A stretch of 64,000 nt of DNA from Eledone cirrhosa (lineage: Eukaryota). Below the pieces are notes generated by a model. That model was not told where the DNA came from. It saw only the letters and a list, made by a program, of their open reading frames with translations, and did not search any database. The stretch spans positions 62,496,001-62,560,000 of the forward strand of contig OZ024746.1 in assembly GCA_964016885.1 (NCBI GenBank), in the 5' to 3' direction. Both the position numbers and the translations under genes were made by a program. Of the stretch, positions 50,986 through 64,000 are shown piece after piece (within the stretch, counting starts at the first letter, position 1; each line of letters begins with the position of its first letter).

Positions 50986-51849
50986 GATAGATAGTATTAG
51001 CAACTGGAAAGACCGACAAAAACATTGTTTCGTCAGTCCAATTTGACGAAATTCAATCGATCCTTTATACACACACACACAAACATACACACACAAATAC
51101 ACAAACAAATGTACACACACACAGACACAAACATACAAATATATACACCTAGGCTATATATGAATGAATTGTATATAAAAACAATGCAGCAATGCCATTA
51201 AGTGAACATTACTATACAATACAGAGCTGTGTCATTAATGTTTATACTTCTAGCTATGGAGAGAGAGAGGGAGAGAGAGAGAGTGTGCTCCTGAGAGAGA
51301 AGGGAGCATGAGAGAGAGAGAGAAGGGAGCATGTGAGATAGCATGCATGTGAGAGAGAGGGAGTGTGTGTGCATGTGAGAGAGAGTGTGTGCATGTGAAA
51401 GAGAGTGTGTGCATGTGAAAGAGAGTGTGTGCATGTGAGAGAGAGTGTGCATGTGAGAGAGAGAGAGGTATGTGTGTGAGAGAGAGAGAGGTATGTGTGT
51501 GAGAGAGGTATATGTGTGTGTGTAAGAGGTATATGTGTGTGTAGCAATTAATATGCAAAGCTACATAACTGAATGGATAATTAATGACATGAAAAGAATA
51601 AACAAGACTGCCTTGTACAAAAGGCAATGTTACACATAAATAATGTGTACACATTCTGTGTACACACAAATGATGTGTATGCACCCGTGACATACTCTGT
51701 AGACCTGGCAAAATTATGTGTTTTTACTAAACAGTTCAGCTCAGTATTTCCATTACACATGTACAACCACATGTACACCCACAGGTACACCCACATGTAC
51801 ACCCACATATACACCCACATATTGATTAAATGTTCTAAGTTGTCTAGAC

Positions 51850-52068
51850 CAGGCATGTCAAATTGAGGGTCCCCCGAGGGCCACATAGGTCACATATGTG
51901 TTGTCTGAGGGCCACACATGACAACTAATTGCACACATTACAACTAACATTTTTTATTTTATATTACAAAGATAAAACATGCTTGCATTGTAAAAACCTT
52001 TGTGCAGGCTGCAGGTGTGCTTGTAAAGGGCCACATGCAGCCCGCGGGGCGCATGTTTGACATGCCTG
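51850..52068. mobile_element. hAT (Charlie-like) MITE
   Basis: TIR CAGGCATGTCAAA / TTTGACATGCCTG with GGGCC subterminal motifs. Flanks GTCTAGAC and GTCTAATG are a decayed 8-bp TSD of NTCTAGAN type. Confidence 0.8.
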
Positions 52069-52989
52069 GTCTAATGAACCTCACACCAACAACCAGCCAT
52101 GTAATCTTACCGCTAATCCCTACCAAAACAACACTGTTTTACCTTACTACACTCACATTACATCTAACTCTGTACCCAACACCCAGTGACTTTTTTTTTA
52201 TTATAACTTTATTATAACTTTGTCTAATAATTCTGCTAATCCACCGGCTCTAACATAACTACATAATAAAACAAGAACATGAAGACAGATAAAAGAACAA
52301 AACACAAACCAACCTGTTAAATACTTTGTTTATTTGATTCTAAAATCTAAGCCATGCACACAAATATACACATCCAAATGTGTATGCACATCTCTATGTG
52401 TACATACACTCACATACATACATGCTTGATCGTACACTATCACTTTTTCTTTGGTAATTTATTTGTTTGTAGGATATATAATTGCTTATTTCACTAATTG
52501 TTGGTCTCTCATTGAATTCTGTTGACTCTTAGCATCCTGCATCATGTGAGATTGCATTAGCAAATCATTCTTAAAGTACAAAACAGTTCTATGACACTCT
52601 TTTATTTTGCAAAATCTTACAACAATCTGTCCACTGGTAAAAATACTATAAACATTTGAATTAACAAATTTTTTCTGCTAAATTATGTCATGATGTTAAG
52701 AGTTAAGATTCCACAAAACCATTACAGAACTGACTAAGGCCTAAATGCCACAAAATTTAGCTATGCACCCCACTCCAGAAATGAATTTATAGATAATATT
52801 TAAAGAAAACTTGACTGAAAAAGTCAATTTTATTCATCTAGATTATTAGCACCTCCATTTCTGCAGTTTAAATCCACTCTAAGTATTTTGTGTTTCTAGG
52901 CCAGAAGAGCACTTAAACTTTACTCACTCAGGCTTGCTGTTACTGAATATATAAAGCAGATGATCTGGGAATATTTCTATAGACTAATA

Positions 52990-53305
52990 AAAGGGTAAAG
53001 AACCCCTTCAGTCACATATGACCATAGGTTTTTGCATCTAGAAAGTTCCCTTCCAAAGCACAAGCCTAATTAAGGTGGTTTTGTGGAAGATCAGAAGTCA
53101 CCCAAGCATACCAGTCTCACCTCTCAACACCACAAATGTCGGTGAAGAGAATGTCAAAGGCCGATACATCTTGGCACCAGTGGTGTCGCAACCCATTTCT
53201 GCAGCTGAGTGAACTGGAGCAATGTGAAATAAAGTGCTTTGCTCAAGAACAGAACACACTGCCTGGTTCAGGAATCAAACTCACAACTATCTAACACCAC
53301 TAAGA
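52990..53305 (-). mobile_element. CORE-SINE with TTTACCCTTT-type tail
   Basis: CORE block at 53195-53250, a body matching 42990-43030, and a tail ending GGGGTTCTTTACCCTTT on the minus strand. Confidence 0.7.
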
Positions 53306-53434
53306 AACACACGGATTCAATGCTTATAAACACCAAATGGAAAGGATGTGATATTTCAATTGTTGAACTCTTTTGATACCAAACCACCTGAAACTACTCC
53401 TGCTTCGGTGATACAAAATTGTAAACTATAATGT

Positions 53435-54013
53435 CATCATCATCATCATCATCATTGTTTAACATCCATCTTCCATGCTAGCATGGGTTTGGACGGGAAT
53501 TTTGCCACTTGAGGCAAGATTGGTTGTCTGGCAGGTTTTCTACAGCTGGATGCCCTTCCTAACACCAACCACATTTACAGTGTGGACTGGGAGGTTTTTA
53601 CCGTGTTACCTACACGGCCACATTACAGCGTGGACTGTGTGTTTTTTTGTTGACACCTACATGACCTCATTTGTTTCGGACTGGATGTTGTTGTACCAAC
53701 ATAACTTTACATTGGAAGGGGTGGTGTGGATGGAGTGGGGGTAGTGGGACGGGGGCGTATTTTTGTTAGAGGTGCCTACTGACTGTAGGTTTCGCTTTGT
53801 ACTTAGGCAAGGCGGGTCTTCTGTATTACTGTGTAGCGCCAAAGATCTCGGTCCAGTGACATTGTCTTGGAGAGGTGTAAGTGTGTGAGGGTAGAATTTA
53901 GTCGTCCCAGGTTTTTCTAGGTCTGCCTACTCTTTTTATCGCCCTGCACTTTTTTATACAGCTGTCGTCTTTCATGCGCATCACGTGACCGTACCAACGT
54001 AGTCTTCTCTCGT
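53435..54013 (-). mobile_element. 5'-truncated RTE LINE (family 3) with 8-bp TSD
   Basis: Degenerate [15 protein letters not shown] coding, the GGAAGGGCATCC block and a (GAT)n tail. TATAATGT occurs at 53427-53434 and 54016-54023. Confidence 0.82.
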
Positions 54014-54489
54014 TTTATAATGTGTTTATATGTATCTCAAAATCTATCATAACTTTATCTAAGAACCTTTACTAAGTTATGTTCCAAACACCAGTTTAAT
54101 AGTAAGAGTTATTTTACTAAATCACTCTGAATTCTTGATTATCTTCAAAATGATTTGAAAATCATAGGCAGTGTAGTGTCTTTCATTAGAAATATGGTAA
54201 GAAAAGAGTTAATGCCATGAGATGAAATAAAGAGGAGCGAAAGGAAAATGAAAGTGATAGATGGAAAGAAAAAGAAAGAGATCAGGGAGATATGAAAGAG
54301 AAGTAAAGAAATAGTAATAAGCAGGAATAGGAGAGTAAACTGATTGAAAAGGTGAGTTAATCAGCTAGAGAATCTGATAAAGTATTGAATAATACCTGTA
54401 TATAGATAGTGAGGTGTATGGTGTGAGAGAGATATAACAGAATACTGCAGAGCAGTGAAGCATGTCTCTAACAATGTATTTGTAAATTA

Positions 54490-54955
54490 AATGATGGTAG
54501 AGTATATAGAGGGGTAGTGGTGATGGTAGTGATGATCATAGGGGTATATAGAAAGTTGATGGTGGTAATGATGACAGGAAGGTATATAAGGGGGGGGGGT
54601 GATGGCAGAGTATATAGAGGGGTGGTGGTGGTGATGGTAGTGATGATCATAGGGGTATATAGAAAGGTGATGGTGGTAATGATGACGGGAGGGTATATGG
54701 GGGGGGTAGTGATGGTAGAGTATATAGAGGGGTAGTGATGATGGGAGGGTATATAGGGGGGGGGGTAGTGATGGTAGAGTATATAGAGGGGTAGTGGTGG
54801 TAGTGATGATCATAGGGGTATATAGAAAGGTGATGGTGGTAATGATGATAGGAGGGTATATGGGGGAGGGGGTAGTGATGGTAGAGTATATAGAAGGGTG
54901 GTGGTGGTGATGGTGGTAATGGTAGGGTGTATAGAAGGGTGGTGGTGATGGTAAT
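54490..54955. repeat. GATGGTAGAGTATATAGAGGGG-type minisatellite
   Basis: Visible higher-order units. Confidence 0.88.
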
Positions 54956-55135
54956 AACAGTGATGATGAAAACGGTGCAGATAGTGAGCTGAGACTAATA
55001 ATAATGATGAGATAGTGAACAGCTAATATGATAATGAATAAGATGATGATTGGGGTGACAATGATAAGAATTACCAAGTCTCATTGTAATTAGTGGTGTT
55101 GGTAATCACAGTAGTAGCTAGCTATTTAGTCATAG

Positions 55136-55333
55136 TTAACCCTTTGGCATTTACATTACTCTATATATACTATTATATCTTCACGGTAAACACGTTATCT
55201 CACATAATATTGAATCTATGATATTTTGATATTATTTATTTTGAGAACAATACCTTAACATCAGTATGAGCGACCATTTACATCCGGTTTGAAGAGAGAG
55301 AGGTGAGGGAATTCTTAAATGCTGAAGGGTTAA
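55136..55333. mobile_element. MITE family A
   Basis: TTAACCCTTTGGCATTTA...TAAATGCTGAAGGGTTAA. Confidence 0.82.
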
Positions 55334-57168
55334 ACCTAATTTTGCAAACCTATGATCAAAGATATTCCAGCTGTGACTAACATACCTTTCCTATGTGCAG
55401 GGAACGCACAACCACATAATCTTAACATATCCATTTATAAGATGCCTAACCCTAACCCTTCACACCTAGGTAGGTTTAGCTGGCTCTCTACGAGTTTGCA
55501 TCTCATAAGTGGTTTTAAAAAGATGGTAGAGATATGAGGGAGATTTGGCTGCTATTTCTAGCTGATAGAATGACCTAATAGAGGCTCCTTTGTTGGTTTA
55601 TCCTGTTAGTGGTGTTAGATAGTGGTGATAGCAATGACATCAGCTGAGTGGTTGAGGAGAGTGGCTACGGTGGTGCTGGGGAAGGTGAAAGAGGAATAAG
55701 GCTAGGGTGTGGTTGTATCATGTGCAGAGATTGTAAGGATGCTTGCAGCAGTCGGTGCTTGCAGGGATGCATTGGCAGCACTGATAAAAGGGTCGATTGT
55801 AAATGGTGGTGGTGGTGGTGAGGAAAATAGTTGGAGCAGCAGTAACAGTGGTGTTGTGTCAAGTGGTGTGATGCTGTTGTTGTTTACATCAGGTGAAATC
55901 TGACTGAGTAGATCTATGTCAAAAGACGTTCCAGTCACGAATATTCCATTTATTTGTTTGTAATGTATAGTGTATAGTGTATCCACATTTTCCAATGTAT
56001 CCTTCCTTTTTTAAAAGATGGTATTGACTGCTATTTCTAACAGATTTGAGATACCCCATATAGGCTCCTTTGTTGACTTATGCTTTTGTTTAGTCCCAGG
56101 TCAGCTCTAATGGAGCAGAATTATAATGAAAGGCATTCCAATCATGACCATCCTCTGTTTTGTATATCAGAAACTACATTGTCTAGTATATTCATTTTTA
56201 CGCAGTTGGCTGCTACTTCTAGCATGCCAAGCATCCCCATAGAGTTCCCCCTCACTGGCCTGAAGCTGAGATAGATGTGGTGTGGTTTAAGTCTGGTTAC
56301 ATGGTTAAGAAGGTTAACTCTCCCAATACCATATTTCTCATGAAAAACATAGCAGATGATTTTCTTATAATTTTGAAAATAAAAATTTGGTTATCATCAT
56401 CATCATCATCATCACTTTACATCTCTATTTTCCAAGCGTGCATTGGTTAGACACGCTAGATGGCTGCCTTACATTTATATGTTCAATTCTGGCATGGTTT
56501 CTATGACTGGATGCCCTTCCTAATGCCAACGATTTCATGGTGTGTATGGGCTGCATTTATCGTGGCACCATACATGTATGTTTATGCAAACACATATATA
56601 TATATACACACACACACACTAAAATATCATTAGATTTGAACTCACAGCCTATGAGCCGATATTTCTATAACTTAGCCTTAAGGCAGGTTTTGCTTCAACA
56701 AGCACAATTGGTTAAGGCACAATTGATTGAATCTATGGAGACTAAATTTTCATATTTTATGATTATAAAGTTTGAATGGCTCATGTGGTTGACACCTTTC
56801 TCTTTAAATGTATTCTTTAAAGAAAATATGTTTTGTTTATTCTTGTTTCTTTTTGGTTTCTTTCTACAGCTGAAAGGAAGTAATAGATGTTATTGCTAGT
56901 TATGAGGTAGAACATACACACACTCAAAGAGTGTCTTCAATAACACACACATAAACACATGCACACACACAAACACATGCATGCATACATACACACGTAA
57001 GAATAATTTCTAACAGAAAGGGAGAAGTTACAGTTGATTAACTTGAACCCAGGATTTGGCTAAGTTAGTATTTTAACAACCTTAGAACATATGTACTATG
57101 AGATGTAGCCAGGTGTGCTGTAGAAAATATAATATTTAGAAAATGTGAGAATCCTAAATATAAAGTCT

Positions 57169-57433
57169 TTAACCCTTTAAGTCTTTAAACCGGTCATATC
57201 TGGCCAGTATTCCCTCACCTCTTTCTGTTCAAACTGGCCATATCCGGCCAGTATTCTCTCACCTCTTTCTGTTCAAACTGGCCACAACCGGCTAGTCATA
57301 CTGATGTTAAGGTATTATTCTCAAAATAAATAATATCAAAATCTCATATTATGTGAGATAATTATGTGAGGTAAAGACATTACCATGAAAATACAATAGT
57401 ACATATAGAGTAATGTAAATGCTAATGGGTTAA
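57169..57433. mobile_element. MITE family A with internal ~44-bp duplication
   Basis: TIRs present; GGCCAGTATTC...CAAACTGGCCA occurs twice. Confidence 0.8.
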
Positions 57434-57489
57434 TATAAGACAAAATATAACAGTAACCGTATCACCAAAATTAAAATTATTTATATCCA

Positions 57490-57831
57490 TATGTACACTC
57501 TGAAGTGGTTGGTGATAGGCAAGGCAACCTATATGTAGAAACCTGCCAAGTAAAGGATCAGGAAGACTCTTCAGCCATGCCAAGACAAGACAACATACCT
57601 AGAACTTGTGTCACAATAAAATTTACTCAGTAGAGTGTGGGATCACATGGAAGTGAAATGTGGGCCTCTGACCTCTTGGAACAATTGACAGACTAGAAAT
57701 ATATGTAAGCAAGATGTAGACACCCTGCCCATCTGAGAGGTCAATAGCTTTGCTTTAGTACTGACTAGTCTGCAATCATCTGTCCATCCCTTGATAGCAG
57801 AGAAAGCAAAGTTTAAATGATGATGATGATG
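57490..57831 (+). mobile_element. Old, internally deleted RTE derivative
   Basis: A degenerate 5'UTR block, an HGSEMWA coding remnant (compare HGSETWA in the intact ORF), a degenerate tail and (GAT)n. Confidence 0.6.
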
Positions 57832-58258
57832 TAAAAATATATAGACACCTATTTTTTGCACAAAGTACATCTAAATATTTTTGTTTAGGAACCACTATCT
57901 GAGAAGGATGGAATGCAAAGGGGACTTCAACAAAATATTATCTGTTGTTTTGTCCTTGTATTGTCCCCAGTGTCTTGGGCCCCTGTGACTAATACAAGAA
58001 ATCGTTATTACTACTATTGCTTTGCAGTATTTAGTTATGACCCTTTATATTCTGAGTTCAAATCCCGCCAAGGTTAAATTTGCCTTTCATCCTTACGGGG
58101 TCGATAAAATAAAGTACCAGAAGTGCACTGGGGCTGATTTAAACAACTTTCACAGCTCTCCAAATTGCTGGCCTTGTGCCTATAGTAGAAATCATTACTA
58201 CTACTACTACTACTACTAATGGACCAGTGCCATCAATAATGATGGCAATAGCATGGAA

Positions 58259-59008
58259 TCTAAACTATAATAAAGGGAGGAGTGTGGGACAGCTTCCAGA
58301 ATCATCATCATCATCATTTTATGTCCGCTTTTCCCTGCTTGCAAGGGTGGGACGGGAATTGATTCTGGCTTGATTTCTACAGCTGGATGCCCTCCCTAAC
58401 ACCAACCTCATTTACAGTGAGTGCTGGGTGCTTTTTCCCGTGGCGCCTACACGTCTACTTTACAGTGTGGGCTGGGTGCTTTTTTGCCGTGGCACCTCCA
58501 CAACCACTTTGCAGTGGAATGATAGGGACCCCCAGTCCTATAATCTTATTTCTACAGCTGAGTAAACTGGAGCAATGTGAAATAAAGTATCTTGCTCAAG
58601 GAAACAACACATCACCCGGTCTGAGAATTGAACTCACAACCTATCGATTGCAAGGCCAATGCTTTAACCACTAAGCCATGTGCCTCCAGAATATATTTTT
58701 TTATCACGTTTGTAAAATAAGTTGGATTACTTTGAATAAATAATGAATGAATATTACATAATTTATCTACTAAATTTCGTTATTCTTGATTAAATATATA
58801 TAATTTTGTCGCTTATTTTAAGATTCACTTCTTTAAAATATTCAAATGTCAACACTTCCGGTTAGCGATCGCTTAACTAAATAAGTCATATATTTCCGTC
58901 AATGGATTACATGCCTGATTACATAAGACAGTGTAACGCAGTCTTCATTCAATTTCTGTGTATATTGTCAATTACAATTTTATTTGATGTATCATATCTA
59001 CATGTATA
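58259..59008 (+). mobile_element. Second Helitron copy, SINE-interrupted, lacking the 3' hairpin
   Basis: Same A|TCTAAACTATAATAAAG start; body 58712-59008 matches 22261-22600. Confidence 0.75.
58301..58688 (-). mobile_element. tRNA/CORE-SINE with RTE tail (copy 3), inserted in a Helitron copy
   Basis: Same family, with one extra internal ~40-bp repeat unit. TCCAGAAT occurs as a direct repeat at 58295-58302 and 58685-58692. Confidence 0.9.
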
Positions 59009-59389
59009 TTTTAGTGTCCAGGATTGGTGTGCAATATATACCAGGATTACTGACTTTATGAGCTATCATACAAACTGGGAAATTTGCATATTGATAAATT
59101 AATGGTTTGCATAAGAGAAACCCTATAGCTTATGTTGATTACTGACACATAGAAGTGATGAAAGAAAAGAATAGGATTTTAATAATTTATTTCTAGGATA
59201 TAATAGCATAAATGTTTATCATTATGTACAAATGACACATAATAAAATGTATGAATAATTTTGGGGCAATAACTATTTACAGGGACAAATGTAAGGTTGG
59301 AAATTTGTGATTGGAAAGAGATCTTGTAGCAACATGAGTGATTTAGGAATTGAATTGTGTATGTGTATGTTTTTTAAAGAGTTACAGAT

Positions 59390-59456
<67 letters not shown>

Positions 59457-59577
59457 AACACACATGGTGTATTATTAAGGTGGATGACAACATGACTGAG
59501 ATAGGAAATGCATTGTATGTATATGTGTGTATAAATTTTAAAGTGTTACAGACGGTGATGTGTGTGTGAGTATATAT

Positions 59578-59755
59578 CGACGGCCGAGCTCAACCCGTTT
59601 CGACGGCTAATTCTGGACTGAATTAGCAGTCGAAACGGCTTGAGCTCAGCCGTCGGGGTCTTACTGGTTCCTATTACCCACTCTACTACCCTAAGTATTG
59701 AGTACTTTGGTGTGTTATGGTCCACCTGGTTCCTTACCACATTTCCTTCGTTATA
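59578..59755 (+). mobile_element. Palindrome-headed element, second copy
   Basis: Same hairpin and tail as 40244-40440; a fragment also lies at 45517-45572. Confidence 0.55.
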
Positions 59756-59793
<38 letters not shown>

Positions 59794-59824
59794 CATATAT
59801 ATGCATACACACACACACACACAC

Positions 59825-60360
59825 ATGGCAGATGGTTTGGCAGTTTCGGCAGAGCATCAGAAACCATGCTTTGCAACATAGTTACGGCCCTGGGTTCAAA
59901 TCCCGCCGAGGTTAACTTTGCTTTCATCCTTACGGGGTCAATAAAATAAAGCACCAGTAATGCACTGGGGTAATTGCTGACCTTGTGCCAAAAGTAGAAA
60001 CATTATTATATTGGCAGTATTGGTAGAGCACCGAACAACATGCTATGCAGCATAGAGTTACGTCCCTTTACGGTCTGAGTTCAAATCTTGCCGAGGTTAA
60101 CTTTTGCCTTTCATCTTTACGGGGTCGATAAAATAAAGTACCAGTAATGCATTGGGGTAATTGTTGGCCTTGTGCCTAAAGTAGAAATATTGTTATTATG
60201 GTTAATTGGATTAGGGTAGCATGTTGGTAAAATCAGTAGAGCATTAAACATAACAGCTCTATAGTAATTAATTTCATTGAGCAATGATGATTAAAAGAGT
60301 TCAAATTCTGCTGGGGTTTGATTTTGCCTTTTAACCCTCCGGGGCCCATAAAATAAATAC
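59825..60360 (+). mobile_element. Cluster of three Deu/Nin-domain SINEs
   Basis: Same core at about 59890, 60080 and, degenerate, 60300. Confidence 0.8.
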
Positions 60361-60849
60361 TTTATCTCTCTCTCTTTTTCTCTCTCTTTATCTCTCTCAT
60401 GTGTGTGTGTGTGTGTGTGTGTGTACGTACAAAAGGAAAATAGAGAAGGATAATCTTTATGCCTAAATAAGTAACCATTACTACTATCATCATCATCATC
60501 ATCATCAACAGCATATTATTATTATTATTATTATTGTTGCTATTGTTTCATATTATTCTAAATATTTTTTTTATTCACTCTTTCAATCATTTTTTTTTTT
60601 TTTTTTAAATTCAATAAAAGACCAGGAAATTAATGGCTTTTGAAAATTAAAAAGTAAAAAAAAAATAAAGAAGAAAAAATAACAAAATATGAGGTAATAA
60701 AGTGAGGAACATGCCTTTTGTTAGGAGAGAGTGATAGAGGGGGGAGGGGAGGGGGAGAGAAAGAGAGGGCAATGGAAAGAGAGCACATTAGCTGCAGACC
60801 AATAGTTTTCGAGGATGGTGGTATCTGAAGAGAGTGGTAAGAAGTTTGA

Positions 60850-61545
60850 TGGCAGTGATTGTAGTGGTGATTGTTGTTGTGGTGGTGATGGTGGTGGTGA
60901 TTGTGGTGGTGGTGGTGGTGGTGGTGGTGGTGATTGTTGTTGTGGTGGTGGTGGTGGTGGTGGTGGTGGTGGTGATTGTGGAGGTGGTGCTGGTGGTTGT
61001 AGTGGTTGTGGTGGTGATGTTGGTGGTGGTGGTGATTGTGGAGGTGGTGCTGGTGGTTGTAGTGGTGATGTTGGTGGTGGTGTTGGTGGTTGTGGTGGTG
61101 GTGATTGTGGTGGTGGTGGTGGTGGTTGTGGAGGTGGTGCTGGTGGTTGTAGTGATGTTGGTGGTGGTGTTGGTGGTAGTTGTGGTGGTGGTTGTGGAGG
61201 TGATGCTGGTGGTTGTGTTGGTGGTTGTGAAGGTGGTGTTGGCGGTTGTATTGTTGGTGTTGGTGATTGTTGTGGAGGTGGTGTTGGTGGTTGTGATTGT
61301 GGAGCTGGTGCTGCTGGTTGTAGTGGTTGTGGTGGTGGTGGTGTTGGTGGTTGTGCTGGTGGTGGTGGTGGTGGTGATTGTGGAGGTGGTGTTGGTGGTG
61401 ATTGTGGAGGTGGTGCTGCTGGTTGTAGTGGTGCTGGTTGTGGTGGTGGTGATTGTGGTGGTGGTGTTGGTGGTGATTGTGAAGGTGGTGTTGGTGGTGG
61501 TGGTGGTGGTGGTGGTGATTGTGTTGTTGTTGGTGATTATGGTGG
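60850..61545. repeat. (GGT)n-derived low-complexity repeat
   Basis: Seen directly. Confidence 0.92.
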
Positions 61546-62059
61546 CTTTAAGAGGAAACATACAAGGATGTTAAATTTGTCACCATTGCTGTGGTGGTAT
61601 TGCCGTTGGTAATGATGATGATGATGATACTGGCAATAAGAGGTGGGGGTGAAATGTTTGAGGCAATAAATGATGATGATGATGATTATTAAGGGGAGTG
61701 AGAGTGGGTGTGAGTGAGGGGTGATTATGGCAAGGCTTCACAATTTTGAATGTATTTAGATGTTGTATTCCATTATCATTTGCTATTGAATCTTGTTCTT
61801 GTTGCTGATGTTTATGTTGGGGGTTGATAAATGGTGGCGGTCGTGGGGAGGGGGTATTATGGTGGTGGCACTCTAGTGGTAAATGTTAGTGGTATTATAT
61901 AGCTATGTGGTGGTATTATAGTGGCAAGTGGTGGTGGTAGAGTGGAAATGATGGTGGTGACAGTTGTATTATAGTGTTTGTGGTGGTGGTGTTACAATGG
62001 TAAATTGTGGTGATGTTATAGTGGCAAGTGGTGGTGGTGGTAGTGTAGTGGTGGTAGTA

Positions 62060-62655
62060 TTTTAGTGGTGGGTGGTGGTGTTGGTGTTGGTGTTACAGTG
62101 GCTAGTGGTGGTGGTGGTGTGTTACAGTGGCTGGTGGTGGTGTTGGTGTTACAGTGGTTGGTGGTGGTGGTGTGTTACAGTGGCTGGTGGTGTGTTACAG
62201 TGGCTGGTGGTGGTGTTGGTGTTGGTGTTACAGTGGCTAGTGGTGGTTGGTGGTGGTGTGTTACAGTGGCTGGTGGTGGTGTTGGTGTTACAGTGGCTAG
62301 TGGTGTTGGTGTTACAGTGGTTAGTGGTGGTGGTGTTAGTGGCTGGTGGTGGTGGTGGTGGTGGTGTTGGTGTTACAGTGGTTAGTGGTGGTGGTGTTGG
62401 TGTTACAGTGGCTAGTGGTGGTGGTGTTACAGTGGTTAGTGGTGGTGTTGGTGTTACAGTGGTTAGTGGTGGTGGTGTTGGTGTTACAGTGGCTAGTGGT
62501 GGTGGTGGTGGTGTTACAGTGGCTAGTGGTGGTGGTGGTGTGTTACAGTGGTTAGTGGTGGTGGTGTTGGTGTTAGTGGCTAGTGGTGGTGGTGGTGTGT
62601 TACAGTGGCTGGTGGTGGTGCTGGTGTTACAGTGGCCGGTGGTGGTGTTACAGAG
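62060..62655. repeat. GTGTTACAGTGGCTAGTGGT minisatellite
   Basis: Visible tandem units. Confidence 0.92.
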
Positions 62656-63163
62656 GTGATGGTGGTGGCAACATGTAATTGATGGGTATATCATCATCAT
62701 CAACATCATCTATGAAATACATATTTCCTTGTTGTTGATAGGATGATATACACATCTTCTGGTGAGGATATAGACCCAAAAAATCAATTAAAGATGTTTA
62801 CCATTTTTTTTTTTTCAATTTACAGAGAAATTTGTATTTTCTGGCAGTTTGCATGACTATATATTAGATAAGTTTATACATGCTGGTGCAGTCTCGGTTA
62901 CACACTCTGTATTTATACAGATATAACTTTATCATGCACTTTGGCTGCTTTTGCACTTCTTACCACATATATATGTGTGCGTGTGTGTGTGTGCGCGCGC
63001 TCACATTTTAATTTACCTTTCCAATTATTATGTATTTTCTACACTTTTCGTAGTGGTTCTCTGCCCCTCGTAATTCAAAACATACTCTTTTGTATGTTCT
63101 TCTCTATATATTATATTAATTACAGGGGATTAACGCGAGTCTTTAACTCAGTTTTTTTTCATT

Positions 63164-63204
<41 letters not shown>

Positions 63205-63207
<3 letters not shown>

Positions 63208-63670
63208 GAGGGCTTGCCAAACAAAGAACATGACAGCCTCTCTCTAGTGTTTGGTGATCTATATAATAAACACACCCAGTACACGCTGTAAAGTGGTTGG
63301 TGATAGGAAGGGCATCCAGCCATAGAAAACTTCTTAGACAAAGAGTTGGGAGGACCCTTCAGCCATAACAGTTTCTTTTGTGCTGGTGATCTACACAATA
63401 AATGACCCCAGTATATGTTCTAAAGTGATTCATGATAGAAAGGTATCCAGCCATAGAGAACTTGCTAAACAAAGGGTTGAGAGGAGCCTTAGTTGTGTCA
63501 TAGACAAGACGACCTCTCTTGTGCACTCGATAGAATGTGTGACTGTACATAAGTGAGCCAAAAATCCCTGGCCTGTCTGAGAGATCAGTAAATCTGCTTC
63601 TGTAGACTTGGTCAATATAGACCCATCTAACTCTTGCTAGCTGGGAAATCAGATGTTAAAACAACGATGT
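63205..63670 (+). mobile_element. Non-autonomous RTE-related element with two tandem 5'UTR-like blocks
   Basis: CTCTCTAGTG...CACCCAG...GGAAGGGCATCCAGCC occurs twice, followed by a degenerate tail. Confidence 0.6.
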
Positions 63671-63778
63671 TTTAAATACGCATACATATGTGTGTGTGTG
63701 TGTGTCTGTGTAAAACATCATTGTTTATATATCATCATCACCGTTTTACGCCCATTCTTCCACGCTAGCATGGGTTAG

Positions 63779-63827
<49 letters not shown>

Positions 63828-64000
63828 TTGCGTGTATATGCCTGTGTACATGTATGTATAAGTAGTAGTTGTTTGAAAAGTGAAACACTTCAAGTCTATT
63901 GCCGGAGGCTGACCTGGAGACTCTTTAAACACTTTCTCAACTGTTAAAATTATAATATGATTTCCAAAATAAACAGAAGATTTCAAGATCAACAACCTCT

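Noticed and set aside
55445-55460. Telomeric (CCCTAA)n
   Set aside because: Only about two units, which is expected by chance or as a tiny relic.
60788-61612. Gly/Cys-rich or Thr-rich (mucin-like) ORFs of about 250 aa
   Set aside because: Trinucleotide-derived repeat open in multiple frames, with no unique flanking coding sequence.

Overview
This is eukaryotic, AT-rich DNA that is extremely dense in microsatellites and transposons. The SINE families and simple-repeat load resemble a coleoid cephalopod such as Octopus; that assignment is inferred, not proven. No host gene can be called confidently, and almost all ORFs in the track are simple-repeat artefacts. The only intact long CDS is an apparently full-length RTE-clade LINE (17426-20542, minus; APE endonuclease, RT and an embedded C4HC3 finger). 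Its last 40 nt are the tail of three tRNA/CORE SINEs in the same window. Other elements are truncated RTE relatives, a Tx1/L1-clade fragment in (GATA)n, Deu/Nin-type SINEs, TTAA-flanked MITEs, Tc1-like and hAT MITEs, a non-autonomous Helitron and many minisatellites. The most notable signal is a 676-bp-period direct repeat (33881-34952) in which each copy starts with a type I hammerhead ribozyme fold, an architecture like a retrozyme or Penelope pseudo-LTR. Several other hammerhead-like, inverted-duplicated motifs lie next to (TA)n tracts. All calls were made by eye; coordinates of degenerate repeats are approximate.
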